From IMG/VR virus record IMGVR_UViG_3300025849_003344: a DNA stretch of 64,000 nt; one strand, given 5' to 3'. The translations under genes were made by a program, and so were the position numbers. Source of the stretch: a virus (lineage: Duplodnaviria > Caudoviricetes). Every line of letters starts with the position of its first letter. Position 1 is the first letter of the stretch. Below, one piece after another: positions 21,282 to 31,421 of this stretch. A model generated the notes under the pieces. The model did not search any database. It saw nothing but the letters and a program-made list of their open reading frames with translations, and was not told the DNA's origin.

Positions 21282-22259
21282 TTATGATGAATCAGCGGCA
21301 TGCGTGTAAGTATTCTGATCCATTGTTTCAACATTATTGCTTAGTCTTATTCCGTACAAATAAGCATTTTCAGTCATACTTTGACCGGCAAAGGAATCAA
21401 GATATGTACTATCTGACATTAATGGCGAGTTTACATGCATAGCACCATGTAGACGATTATAGTTTAGGATAAAGCTAGATACCGGCATATCTGCAAACTT
21501 TGCTGCAGTTGCTGATAGACTGATATATTCAATGCGTGTATCTGCATCTTCATCATCTGGTAATTTACCGATAATCTCTGAAAATGTAATTGGAGTACCA
21601 AGCCCTGCAGTACCAACAACAGTGATTGGAGGTGGCGGTGCCGGAATATTGTCGGGCATAGTAAGAATATTTGAGTTTGTGGACGGAAGTTCAAGAACAA
21701 CCGAACCGCCAAGATAGAATCCGGCCGGATGTACAAACTTCTTATACAACGTACGCCACTGAGCAATAGGAATAGCAGACTTAATTAACACACTGAAGAT
21801 CTGATATAGTGCACCATTTTGAATATAGCGCAATGATTCAGTACCAATTTGTGATTCGCTCACAATAAACAAATTATCTTTTGGATGATCTATTTCAATG
21901 TCTGATGAAAAGAACGCTCTAAAGAAACCTTCGGCAGCATATGTCGTACCTTTAACACGGTAGAAGTTAGCAAAGTTACGAAGCACTTCACGAGGATCAC
22001 TAAAGTATTCGGCATTTGCGCCATCAGCAATCATGTTAAAGATTTTTTCAAGGTTAGCCAGCGAAGTCCGTTCGATATCAAATACCGAATATAGATCACG
22101 AATAGTGGATATCACTTCATCTTCATCAGCATTCTCATAATAACCTTCAAGAAAGGCAACTAACATAGGATAGTCGTCAGTAAAGTGCTGTGGTAATACC
22201 GACTTAACCTGATATTTTCTAAGGTTAGCTTCAACCCTATCGTAATTTATTAACGACAT
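21282..22259 (-). CDS. gp7: Baseplate wedge initiator, short gp7-like protein
   Basis: FYRVKGT...FFRAFF and KKFVHPAGFY motifs; follows gp6. Confidence 0.75.
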   Translation of the reverse strand: MSLINYDRVEANLRKYQVKSVLPQHFTDDYPMLVAFLEGYYENADEDEVISTIRDLYSVFDIERTSLANLEKIFNMIADGANAEYFSDPREVLRNFANFYRVKGTTYAAEGFFRAFFSSDIEIDHPKDNLFIVSESQIGTESLRYIQNGALYQIFSVLIKSAIPIAQWRTLYKKFVHPAGFYLGGSVVLELPSTNSNILTMPDNIPAPPPPITVVGTAGLGTPITFSEIIGKLPDDEDADTRIEYISLSATAAKFADMPVSSFILNYNRLHGAMHVNSPLMSDSTYLDSFAGQSMTENAYLYGIRLSNNVETMDQNTYTHAADSS

Positions 22260-24136
22260 TAATAAGAACCTAATGTTGAGATTACACCCACACCATCACC
22301 AAGTGCAATATCAGTTTGCTGTCTATCTACGACACCAGTAGCAAATGTTGGGCCCGCATCTAGATCTAGAATATATGATCTGAGCGGTCGTACAGTAGAT
22401 TGATTTGACGGAACTGCAGATACTTTAAGATATGTAACGCCTGATGTAATTTCTGTAGGCGCAAAACCTGTGATAATAATCTTGCCTTGTAGGTTATCAA
22501 ATGATCCGATGTTGTCGACCTCAACTTCACCAACCGAGTTAATAACTTGAAGCTTCGTATCATTTAGCTTATTCTTAATAGAACAAACTTTACCATTGAA
22601 TCTAAATGTCGACGTCGTGACCGTATAATCTACAGCACTAGGAGCCGCTAATTCATTTGGAAAGTATATATCGTATGACGTTTTAACATTAAGCGTAGGC
22701 GTAAAACGTTGTTGAAGCTTAACCGATACTCTTGAGTTAAGAATCGCAGCACTGATATCATCTATCTCTGCAAGTAATTCTGAACGTCTAAACACACCAC
22801 TAAATTTCTTAAGATTACTAGAAACATATCCATTAATCACGCCTAGCACATTAGCTTCTGTTGATTTAATTGTTGCACCAGTAAGGTTAGGATCAAAGTT
22901 AAACGAAGCAACTAGTTCTAGGTATGTTGTGGTAGGATCAGTAAACTTGGTATCAATAGATATAATTGATAGGTTGTTTGTAATTTGCTGTACAATTTGG
23001 TCTTTAATAGAAGCAATGGCTGCAGCAGATGTATTGTCCTCAAATACTAATGAAACGAACACAGATCCAAACTCTGCCGGAGTATTGTCTTCCCCGCCCC
23101 ACGCAATAGCATCTGTCACTGTACTAAAGTTACTTTGAATAATAGCACGATAATCATCTGCAGTAACGAGTCTTTGTTGTGCCGCAAATGCAATAGGGGC
23201 ATTCTGCCTGACTGATTCAATCGATTGCTTAGGTGCACCAGTAACAGAATTTGTTATTGTAGTAACCGATAAGTTATATCCATTGCCGAGTACTGATACT
23301 TGGGAAGTAGGCGTAAATGTAGATCCGCCGTTTGCTTCTGCACCAAGGCATGATAGATACGATACAACAATCTTATTGCCAGCAACAGGTGCTTTACCAA
23401 ACGAAATACCATCACCAAAGTTTAGTTCATAATAACCGTTAGGGGCTTCGTTAATAGAATAGTAACGAGAAGTTGATGTAACTGATACCGCAGTATTAAT
23501 AGATGTATATGCACTGAATGATGCACCGTTCGTGGTATCAAATACGTTTACCGCAGCAGTAGAGGTATCAATCGTATCATCCGGAATAACATATAGCTGA
23601 CGCTCACCTACTTCACCAACATAGAATGTCTTAGTTTTCAGTGTACCTTCAAATAAAGGAATAGTCAGTGATCCGGCAGTGTTTAAGAACTGGTACAAAC
23701 CAGATCCGTTATCTGTCGCAACATAGTCTTCGATAGTCTGATACGTATATGTAATATCACCTACAGAAGATGTGAACGAAGTACCTGCACCAATTATTAC
23801 TGACGAAGGTCTATTTGCAACACCGTTTAGATTGATGCTTAGTTGCACTTCTGCACGTGACGCAGTCCTACTTCGAGGAGCATAACCAAGAGTCGCAGCA
23901 TGTGATACAACAGAGGAGCGCAACTGCGCAGTCGAGAGGAACGACTCATTTAATGCAAAGTTGGCAGTCAATGCATTAAAGTGTGTATTGTATGCTAGTA
24001 CGTCCAGGATATTAGAAAGGCCTGATGCTTCAAAATTATAATCTGAAAATTGAGTATCCTGAGCAAGATAAGTTTTAAGCTTATTCTTGATCTCAGTGAA
24101 GTCAAGCTGTGTAGATGTTACTGTTACGTCTGCCAT
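22259..24136 (-). CDS. gp6: Baseplate wedge subunit gp6
   Basis: LDFTEIKNKLKTYL...DYNFEASGLSNILDVLAYNTHF...ESFLSTAQLRSSVVSHA; QQRLVTADDY. Confidence 0.95.
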   Translation of the reverse strand: MADVTVTSTQLDFTEIKNKLKTYLAQDTQFSDYNFEASGLSNILDVLAYNTHFNALTANFALNESFLSTAQLRSSVVSHAATLGYAPRSRTASRAEVQLSINLNGVANRPSSVIIGAGTSFTSSVGDITYTYQTIEDYVATDNGSGLYQFLNTAGSLTIPLFEGTLKTKTFYVGEVGERQLYVIPDDTIDTSTAAVNVFDTTNGASFSAYTSINTAVSVTSTSRYYSINEAPNGYYELNFGDGISFGKAPVAGNKIVVSYLSCLGAEANGGSTFTPTSQVSVLGNGYNLSVTTITNSVTGAPKQSIESVRQNAPIAFAAQQRLVTADDYRAIIQSNFSTVTDAIAWGGEDNTPAEFGSVFVSLVFEDNTSAAAIASIKDQIVQQITNNLSIISIDTKFTDPTTTYLELVASFNFDPNLTGATIKSTEANVLGVINGYVSSNLKKFSGVFRRSELLAEIDDISAAILNSRVSVKLQQRFTPTLNVKTSYDIYFPNELAAPSAVDYTVTTSTFRFNGKVCSIKNKLNDTKLQVINSVGEVEVDNIGSFDNLQGKIIITGFAPTEITSGVTYLKVSAVPSNQSTVRPLRSYILDLDAGPTFATGVVDRQQTDIALGDGVGVISTLGSY

Positions 24137-24137
24137 A

Positions 24138-24584
24138 TTATCTTAGCCTTGATAGAGAAGTTTCGAGTGTCACAACTTCTGATGTATTTATTACCCCAAA
24201 TTTAAGACGTATATCAAGAGCATTACCATCAGGTCTTGCCTGCACATTGATATCAGCAACGACTGCTCTTGGTTCAAACGTCTTAATGGCTGCTCTAATA
24301 TTAATCTCTGCATTAAATGCAGTTAGATCATCCATAGGTTCAAATAAAATGTTACCCATACCTCCACCAAAAGATGGATTAAATGGTTTTTCTTGGAATC
24401 CAGTGAGTACAAGATTTTTTACTGATTGCTTTACTGCAGCAGCATCGTTCTTTCGATAGACGTCACCGTCAGGTCTGGCCACAAAAGAAAGATCGATATC
24501 CTTGTAATCTTTACTTCGTGCAGTAATGAGCGAGACGGTGCCAAGCTGGCCATCTTCTGCTGCAAATGCTCTGTTTGTTGCCAT
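24138..24584 (-). CDS. gp25: Baseplate wedge subunit gp25
   Basis: YKDIDLSF...AVKQSVKNLVLT...EKPFNPSFG...FEPR. Confidence 0.92.
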   Translation of the reverse strand: MATNRAFAAEDGQLGTVSLITARSKDYKDIDLSFVARPDGDVYRKNDAAAVKQSVKNLVLTGFQEKPFNPSFGGGMGNILFEPMDDLTAFNAEINIRAAIKTFEPRAVVADINVQARPDGNALDIRLKFGVINTSEVVTLETSLSRLR

Positions 24585-24611
24585 GTGATCAATACTCTAG
24601 ATTGTTTAAAC

Positions 24612-24619
24612 TATTTATA
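24612..24619 (-). promoter_or_regulatory. T4-type late promoter TATAAATA
   Basis: Exact motif upstream of gp25. Confidence 0.75.
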
Positions 24620-24625
24620 CAATAT

Positions 24626-25270
24626 CTAAGCGAGTATTTCTACTAACTCTCCAGAAGTTTGGAGATTGCCATTGTACCGGGTTTCTAATTGTTTTTTGAA
24701 CTTAGCCGTAAATGTACTTGATACAACAGGCATCTGTAATATGATATGACACTCAAGACTTCCGTCCGGGTTAAACGAATCGTAGTCGAGTATTAGTTTA
24801 TCATACAACAAAGAATCCTTCCAGTACACAGCTAAATCAAACATAGTTGCATGATCTGGAATGCCATTTTGGTTAATGAGCTGATAGACTACGACTTGAC
24901 CTTTTGTCGCAAGATCATTCAATCCACCACTCACAAGTGTTTCACTTTCGCCCTTACGATATAAGCCTTCAATTACGATAAGCCTATGGTTCCTAAACGC
25001 CCCAAAATTTTGAGATACAAGATTGATTGCTTCTGCCTGCAGATATAGTTGTCTTGCGATCTGTAGTTTGTCAGCTTCATTTGTGATATGATTCAAGTTA
25101 GTCGATTCACCTGCACCACCAAGAAATCTTGCTATAGTAACACCGCGTGCTAATTTAGTAGCAGCCGTAATCGCAGGTGCGTTGTTTGGATTAAATGTAG
25201 GATCAGGTATAACAGTCTTTAGACTTGGATTAGGGGTAAACTGTTGATACGATTCAGGTCTCTGTGTCAT
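24626..25270 (-). CDS. gp5-associated protein resembling a degenerate M15 (Hedgehog/DD-peptidase) fold
   Basis: IEGLYR...KGQVV...LAVYWKDSLLYDKLILDY follows the M15 pattern SGYR...H..G.A.D...A.WI...FDQLILE, but the Zn ligands appear absent. Confidence 0.45.
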   Translation of the reverse strand: MTQRPESYQQFTPNPSLKTVIPDPTFNPNNAPAITAATKLARGVTIARFLGGAGESTNLNHITNEADKLQIARQLYLQAEAINLVSQNFGAFRNHRLIVIEGLYRKGESETLVSGGLNDLATKGQVVVYQLINQNGIPDHATMFDLAVYWKDSLLYDKLILDYDSFNPDGSLECHIILQMPVVSSTFTAKFKKQLETRYNGNLQTSGELVEILA

Positions 25271-26820
25271 CAGTGCGGTCCTATTGTCGTTTCATTATTT
25301 TGTGGCACAGGTTTCGGGCCAGCAGTTCTACCTATTTCTTTGGGCTGTGGCTTTGTATATTCAGGATTGATCTTACCTTCGGCCACTTGTACTGCCATGA
25401 AGTCTGTATTATTAAGTGTGCCATTATCTCGCATTTTAGATCTGGCCTCTGCAGTAGTTAGCTGTCTTGGTGTAATTCCACCGGTTGATCCTGTTCTATC
25501 AATAGATGATAGCAAGTCACCATTTGGGTCCACCTTCACACTCTGGACGCCATATGAGGACTTCTGGTATGTTGTAGCCATTCCTGCATTGGGTAACGCA
25601 GTAGCCTTAATATCATCAGCCAGAACATCGGTGTTAATTGCATTATTTGTAATTGGAGCTCCTGGCGCACCTACATTACCACCAGAACCAGGTCCTGTAT
25701 CCGGATCAGAATACAGTTGGTGTCTGGACTGTCGAGCTTCTTCTGCAACACCGTCAAGATCACCATGAAACGTAGGTGCAGTCATACTATTACTTGCTAC
25801 AATGTCGCCTTCTACTTCAATACGCACAGCACGAATCGTATCTACGTTAATCGTACCAGCGCCACCTTCACCATCGCCTAACCATAATGTATTACCAAGA
25901 TGATGATTATATGAATATAGTATAATGTTCTCACCACCAAATGTACCTGTATCACCAAAGACCGATAGCTTTGATGCATGAATATTTGTATCCGGAGATG
26001 TTATATTCTGTTGTACCTCAGACGTGACTCGCATAGCTCCACTCGAAAATAATCCGGCAGTACCGTCAACCGCTGTTTCCCATGCACCTTTGACAGCAGC
26101 CGTAAATCCTCCAAGATATGTATCGACCACACCTTTGGCCACAGTAGTGAACTTGCCACCTTTGACAATCAGTCCATCGTTCTTTGCAATATTATATCTT
26201 CGAGCACCATCAATCTCGGCACGTTCGTCACCTGCAATAAACTTATTATAGTTACCCGCAATGTTCAGATTATAATCACCTGTTACATCAACATTCACAT
26301 TACCTTGATATGTCATATGTGCATTGCCTTCAACAACAACATGTGCATCATCTGCAGCAGACACAATAAGACTATTACCAGATGCAAGATAAATAGAACC
26401 ATCAGGTTTAATTTCAATACCCGAACCGCTCTTATGTCTAATCAATATTCTTTCGTTACCAAGCGTATCATCCATTTCAATGATATGACCACCCGGCGTT
26501 TCGGTAACCTGGTTGTTCGGATAGCTTGATGCCGCCTTGTTTGTATCAATCTTGGCCTGATTTGCAATCTCAGGAATCTCTGACTGCAAATCGTAGTTTA
26601 CTTTTTTTGCAGTCTGCAAAGAGGGAATACCGCCATTTGTCGTAAGATCATTACGATTCGTGCCGAGTGATGTTTTATTAAGTGAAGACTGATGCCAATA
26701 GTCTTGACGAGGATACACACCAGCAGGATCTTGAAAACCGTTCGGAAATACTCCGATCTTCTGTGCCGACTGCCCGCCTTCTAATATGCGGTCTTCTAGT
26801 TCATCATTTGTTGTTGTCAT
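25270..26820 (-). CDS. gp5: gp5 C-terminal needle portion (triple beta-helix)
   Basis: GFQDPAGVYP, YPNNQVTETPGGHIIEMDDTLGNERILIRHKSGS, then V.G/I.G beta-helix repeats. Confidence 0.85.
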   Translation of the reverse strand: MTTTNDELEDRILEGGQSAQKIGVFPNGFQDPAGVYPRQDYWHQSSLNKTSLGTNRNDLTTNGGIPSLQTAKKVNYDLQSEIPEIANQAKIDTNKAASSYPNNQVTETPGGHIIEMDDTLGNERILIRHKSGSGIEIKPDGSIYLASGNSLIVSAADDAHVVVEGNAHMTYQGNVNVDVTGDYNLNIAGNYNKFIAGDERAEIDGARRYNIAKNDGLIVKGGKFTTVAKGVVDTYLGGFTAAVKGAWETAVDGTAGLFSSGAMRVTSEVQQNITSPDTNIHASKLSVFGDTGTFGGENIILYSYNHHLGNTLWLGDGEGGAGTINVDTIRAVRIEVEGDIVASNSMTAPTFHGDLDGVAEEARQSRHQLYSDPDTGPGSGGNVGAPGAPITNNAINTDVLADDIKATALPNAGMATTYQKSSYGVQSVKVDPNGDLLSSIDRTGSTGGITPRQLTTAEARSKMRDNGTLNNTDFMAVQVAEGKINPEYTKPQPKEIGRTAGPKPVPQNNETTIGPH

Positions 26821-28466
26821 ACTGTAGCTGTGCTCCGTGCTGTTGATATTTGTGCTACCGTGAGAGGTGCACTCGTACCAGTCGTAATATTATTCTTATT
26901 AAATACCGATGTAACATAACTAGGAACACTGAAACCAGGATCAATTTTATTACCTGGATCGGTATCACTGTGCCCAAATGCCTGTCCACCCGGGAATACT
27001 TTATAGAACGTAGCCAAAAATTCATTCATCGCCTTGTTCTGTGCTGTAGTGAATGATTCTTTACCTACTAAATTCTGATAGCCCGAAGTACCGGACACAC
27101 AAGTATATCCACCCACTAGTGATATACCAATCGATTTATTATTATGACCATTTGCTTTTGCATGTGCACCAGTCTTACCTATAGGTCTACCACGCTGAAG
27201 TCTTCCGTCTCTTCGAATAATATAATGGTATCCGCAGCCGCTGAATCCTCTAGCCAGGTGCCACTGATGTACCTCTTCACTACCAATATCTTGATCCATA
27301 AACGTAGCAGTCCAATGGATAACAACTTCGGTTATCTCACGTGAAGATGATCTCATCTCGGCTTCAAGCTCTTCGGCACCTGCAATGTATGTGAAGTTAT
27401 AAGGCTCTGAATTACTGGACCCGCCACCACTAGTAGTAGCGGCGGGGGCACTAGTAGTAGCGGCGGGGGCACTAGTAGTGGCGCCACCAGTAATACTACC
27501 GCTACTACTGCCAAGTGCTGCGTTATAATTAGAATTAGGTGTATTTGTACGAACGCCATCCCAACCTTGTGCATTTGATCCAATATCAAAGTTAGGCAGA
27601 GTAAGTACAGCATTTCCATACGTAACACGATCAGACAGTTTAGTACTCAGCCCATTAATACCAGATTCAATTTCTCCGATAGGTAATGTTGATACTCCGG
27701 CGACAGCCGCAATAGCTCCGGTGTAATTACCATTTTCAATAAGACGAGCAATTGAATTGAGTTGTGCAGTTTTTAGTTTACCTTGTGTAAGCCCTGATAT
27801 AATCTGTACGACCGGAGTATCAAGCGCATCGACAATGTTTTGTAGAGTCGAGCCAAGCGCAGTGCCAATAGTAAGATTTGCCCGAACATTAAATTCTGAA
27901 ATAACAGGTCCAAGTGTCGCACCCAACGCTTGCTTCATAGCATTTTGAATAAACTTTGCAGACCCTGCAGCCTGCACCGTAGATACTGCTGAAAGCAATT
28001 GGCTTATAGGTTTACCTGTTGCAGTACCTAATAACCTTTGAATAGACTCTCCACCACTTCCAGCAAAATAACTTTGCAAATATCCTGAAGCCGGACCACC
28101 CTGAGTTACTGCAGCCAATGCCGCAGCAGTGTTTAATACGTCCGTAAATGTTGAATGCCCACCAGAACCACCAGAAAATAAACTTGCAATGTCAGTTACA
28201 AGCGATGATGCAAACCCGTCTACAGCATCAGTAAGTTTTATTGTTGCTGTACCAAATATATTGTCACCAAACTGTCCTGGATAATCTGCGACAGAAGTCA
28301 GGGCTTGAATTCCGTTTAGTATTTCTCCTTGAGACCCACCAAGCTTTGATGTGAGCTGAGCATTATACTCTCCTACAACCTGGTTGCCTGCAGCAAGCAA
28401 ACCATCACGCGGAAGTCTTTGGTCAAATGTAGATAAAACACTATTAACTTTGTTAAACGAAACCAT
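26817..28466 (-). CDS. Virion-associated N-acetylmuramoyl-L-alanine amidase (T7-lysozyme/Amidase_2 type) with a long A/G/S-rich N-terminus
   Basis: VVIHWTAT, GYHYIIRRDG..RGRP, GAH, SIGISLVGG, GHSD Zn-amidase motifs. Confidence 0.85.
   Translation of the reverse strand: MVSFNKVNSVLSTFDQRLPRDGLLAAGNQVVGEYNAQLTSKLGGSQGEILNGIQALTSVADYPGQFGDNIFGTATIKLTDAVDGFASSLVTDIASLFSGGSGGHSTFTDVLNTAAALAAVTQGGPASGYLQSYFAGSGGESIQRLLGTATGKPISQLLSAVSTVQAAGSAKFIQNAMKQALGATLGPVISEFNVRANLTIGTALGSTLQNIVDALDTPVVQIISGLTQGKLKTAQLNSIARLIENGNYTGAIAAVAGVSTLPIGEIESGINGLSTKLSDRVTYGNAVLTLPNFDIGSNAQGWDGVRTNTPNSNYNAALGSSSGSITGGATTSAPAATTSAPAATTSGGGSSNSEPYNFTYIAGAEELEAEMRSSSREITEVVIHWTATFMDQDIGSEEVHQWHLARGFSGCGYHYIIRRDGRLQRGRPIGKTGAHAKANGHNNKSIGISLVGGYTCVSGTSGYQNLVGKESFTTAQNKAMNEFLATFYKVFPGGQAFGHSDTDPGNKIDPGFSVPSYVTSVFNKNNITTGTSAPLTVAQISTARSTATV
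27428..27479. repeat. Perfect 21-bp tandem repeat, about 2.5 copies, encoding an ATTSAPA linker
   Basis: cactagtagtagcggcggggg x2 plus a partial copy. Confidence 0.9.
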
Positions 28467-29299
28467 TAGGTTCTAATTCCTTCCCACACTGCAATCCCGG
28501 CAGGCTTGCGGCCATACCATGGACCCCATCCACCACGTTTTGCCTGGGCCAATGCAAATTCTACTTGTTTAGTAACACCGGCTTTCGTATTGTCAGTCGC
28601 AAGATCTCTTCCGGTAGCGCGCTCATAATCATTACCCATACCTCCACCAACATACAACTGAAAAGGACCGTACGATGCTTCGCGACCATTCCTTTTTAAT
28701 TGATTGCCTGTAGTAACACCTGACTGATACTGACCTCCGCCTTCGGCTTTCCATAATCTAACCGCAACATTTGGATCAATACTTACTTTGTTTGCTTCAC
28801 TTCTGATCGTCTGTTCTATCCATGCGAGAGATATATCGGGCGGATATACCGGAATACCTGTAGTAGATGTCGTTGATGCGCTTGAACCCATACTGTTGTT
28901 TACTGTACCCACAGCCCGTGCAAGAGCAGGATCGACTTGTCCAACACCATAACCAATTTCGACTGATTGCGCCTTGACAAGCTGTTGTTCAGACGGCACT
29001 TCAAGATGTGGAACTACGCCTATGATAAGTGGAAGCTGTGATCCTTCGCCGTCCATAAAGAACCCAACAACCTGTGCACCCGGTAAAAGCATAGGCATCG
29101 CACCGATACCTGAAGTACCGCCGCTTGTTGTTGGTTGCATCACTGTAGCCCAAGGCAGTTTGGCATTAGGAATTGCATCTAGCGCCGAGTTATGGATACC
29201 AAAAATGCGAACTTGTGTTCTTCCGAGCATAAGCGGATCTAGGTTATTAACTACTACGCCCATGAACCAGCGAAAGTTATCACCATAATGACTCATCAT
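28466..29299 (-). CDS. gp5: gp5 N-terminal OB-fold domain fused to a lysozyme/SLT-like domain
   Basis: FRWFMGVVVNNLDPLMLGRTQVRIFG...LPWA...VVGFFMDG; C-terminal LWKAEGG...ASYGPFQL...GWGPW. Confidence 0.8.
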   Translation of the reverse strand: MMSHYGDNFRWFMGVVVNNLDPLMLGRTQVRIFGIHNSALDAIPNAKLPWATVMQPTTSGGTSGIGAMPMLLPGAQVVGFFMDGEGSQLPLIIGVVPHLEVPSEQQLVKAQSVEIGYGVGQVDPALARAVGTVNNSMGSSASTTSTTGIPVYPPDISLAWIEQTIRSEANKVSIDPNVAVRLWKAEGGGQYQSGVTTGNQLKRNGREASYGPFQLYVGGGMGNDYERATGRDLATDNTKAGVTKQVEFALAQAKRGGWGPWYGRKPAGIAVWEGIRT

Positions 29300-30687
29300 A
29301 GCTTTGTATTACCTTTATAGTTTGTTATCTTAACAAGCGATAACTTTACTGAATACTCAGTCTTACCAAATATGTGATTACAACCATATATCAAATAGTC
29401 ACCAGATCTTTTCTGATCAATTTCTACCTCTTCATTCGAACCTTTAGGTTGTTGATTGGCCATAGTAAGAATAGAAACAATTTGACCAATAGTCCGATGG
29501 TCGCCTTGTGGAAAGAATTGTCTACCTGCAACATGTATTTCTACAGATGATTTACCTAACATATTACGCAGTGATATACTTATTGCCTTTGAGAAATGTC
29601 TTGACGTCGTGCCTTCTTCATATATATTAGACATTCCGGGTTCAAATGTTGATGTCGTAGCAATACGACTCACTCGCTTTGTCCTATATTCGTTAGCCGA
29701 TTTATTATTAAATTGTGTCATAATATCAAATACAGGATTAGCTCCGGACGGCAAGACATGCTTAAATACCTTACCCACATCATATGCAAAAGAATGTTCT
29801 AGTGCAGTAGTGGTATCAAGGTATTCGTACTGTGCACCTACATCGCCATTCATAATAAGAGCCAAGGCATTCTCATTGTTCTTCATATCAAAGGACATGA
29901 TATTAAGTGACACTGCATCACCAGCACCAGGATTCTGTTGTGCATATACAGTAGAATATAAAAATGGATTCTCGGCATTCATCGATGGTTCTGTCAAGAG
30001 TGTATATAGATCAAAGAATCTCAGATCATTATCGTTAAGACTTGAGTAACAAAAATAAGGAGCACCTTGCAGACCGCTAGCCCGCATCTTCATTTTTTCA
30101 ATAATCTCAAGCGGTGTCATATTAGGCACTAGATATCGCATAGTGTTCTGCATTTCTGCTGAAGAACTACTTGCAGCAGCAACTATCTCAGGAAGATCTG
30201 ATCCTGCATCACTTGCACTTGAACTGCCTTGCTTATATAATCTTTTGGTTGAACCAAAGTTATCAAGTAGCACATGCTCTATAATTTCAGATGGCTTACC
30301 CTCGTACATCTTATTAACATTAATCATCGATGAGATGTATGAGTCTTTGTCTATAAGCTTAAGTGTCACAACATCTGAGGTATCTGATGCAGGATGTATT
30401 GAACTTATTTCGCGCACCGCAAATTCTTTTTTAATCTTGTAGTCTGTTTGATATAGGCCAGCAATAATAGTAATAGTCTCTGTACCATTAAAGTCCACAG
30501 CCTCAACAATTCTTGCGTCATCATAGAATACAAGTGAGCCTGTAAGATACGCACGGTTTAGATTTTCAAATACCTCGATCTCTACGACAGACGCAGTAAT
30601 ATCGAATTCATGTTCATTCCTGCCGTGTGTAATCGTAACCTTCTCAAGCTTATACTCGAGTGGGCTTTTTGGGGTATACTCTGACAT
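29296..30687 (-). CDS. Baseplate hub protein (gp27-like)
   Basis: DITASVVEIEVFENL...LTGSLVFYD; D..RSGDYLI..CNHIF C-terminal pattern; lies between gp53 and gp5. Confidence 0.65.
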   Translation of the reverse strand: MSEYTPKSPLEYKLEKVTITHGRNEHEFDITASVVEIEVFENLNRAYLTGSLVFYDDARIVEAVDFNGTETITIIAGLYQTDYKIKKEFAVREISSIHPASDTSDVVTLKLIDKDSYISSMINVNKMYEGKPSEIIEHVLLDNFGSTKRLYKQGSSSASDAGSDLPEIVAAASSSSAEMQNTMRYLVPNMTPLEIIEKMKMRASGLQGAPYFCYSSLNDNDLRFFDLYTLLTEPSMNAENPFLYSTVYAQQNPGAGDAVSLNIMSFDMKNNENALALIMNGDVGAQYEYLDTTTALEHSFAYDVGKVFKHVLPSGANPVFDIMTQFNNKSANEYRTKRVSRIATTSTFEPGMSNIYEEGTTSRHFSKAISISLRNMLGKSSVEIHVAGRQFFPQGDHRTIGQIVSILTMANQQPKGSNEEVEIDQKRSGDYLIYGCNHIFGKTEYSVKLSLVKITNYKGNTKL

Positions 30688-31421
30688 TATCTAAACTCTT
30701 CGCGGAACGCTTTTGCAATCTGGGTAATAGATCCAGGCTTTATAACCTTTATCTCTTTGAGGCCGTCGTTCTGTTCTCTATAATATTCAAGATTAGTTAT
30801 AGGTGTAAGTTCGGACGAAATAACACCTGAGTGAGGATTAATATCACTTAGCTGTTTATCTCCATTTACATAATGCTTAATCGCATTAACCTGATCAATA
30901 GAGTTTGTGAGTGTGACCGATTGAATAGAATCACCAACCTGTGATGTAATAATTTCGGTCTTTCTAAAGGTACCAACAATCGTAGTCCTATCAATAATGA
31001 TCTGACCTAGATCTAGATTACGTCCAATGATTTTACCTGTAGCACCAGAGGTTGAACCGGATATCATTGCTCCGACTTTAAATATGCCTGTTAAAATTGC
31101 ATTGGTAGTTAATACTTGGTGTGGAAAGTCTGTTGTAGCCCTCTCTTTGAGTTGCTGTTCTGACAGTGGCCAACCTTGTTCACGTATATTATCATTCATC
31201 ATAAAGAATGTATAATAGTAATCAGGTGTGTCATACAGTTGCATAGAGACCTGATCAGGACGATCACCTTCTTGGATGTAGAACTTACGATAAAAAGCTA
31301 TAGTATCCTTTACTACATCAATTACTTCTACATATGCAGATATATTAGGAAAGCCTACGTTCGCAAGGTTATTACCAAATGAATATGGTGTAATCGGAAA
31401 GTTTTTAAAGTATGTTGACAT
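30687..31421 (-). CDS. gp53: Baseplate wedge subunit gp53
   Basis: YFKNFP..., YIQEGDRPDQVSMQLYDTPDYYYTFFMMN...GWPLSE. Confidence 0.9.
   Translation of the reverse strand: MSTYFKNFPITPYSFGNNLANVGFPNISAYVEVIDVVKDTIAFYRKFYIQEGDRPDQVSMQLYDTPDYYYTFFMMNDNIREQGWPLSEQQLKERATTDFPHQVLTTNAILTGIFKVGAMISGSTSGATGKIIGRNLDLGQIIIDRTTIVGTFRKTEIITSQVGDSIQSVTLTNSIDQVNAIKHYVNGDKQLSDINPHSGVISSELTPITNLEYYREQNDGLKEIKVIKPGSITQIAKAFREEFR

Noticed and set aside
24626-29299. Stop-codon readthrough to rebuild a single gp5
   Set aside because: The junctions change frame (TAATG, ATGA, TGATG), which indicates translational coupling
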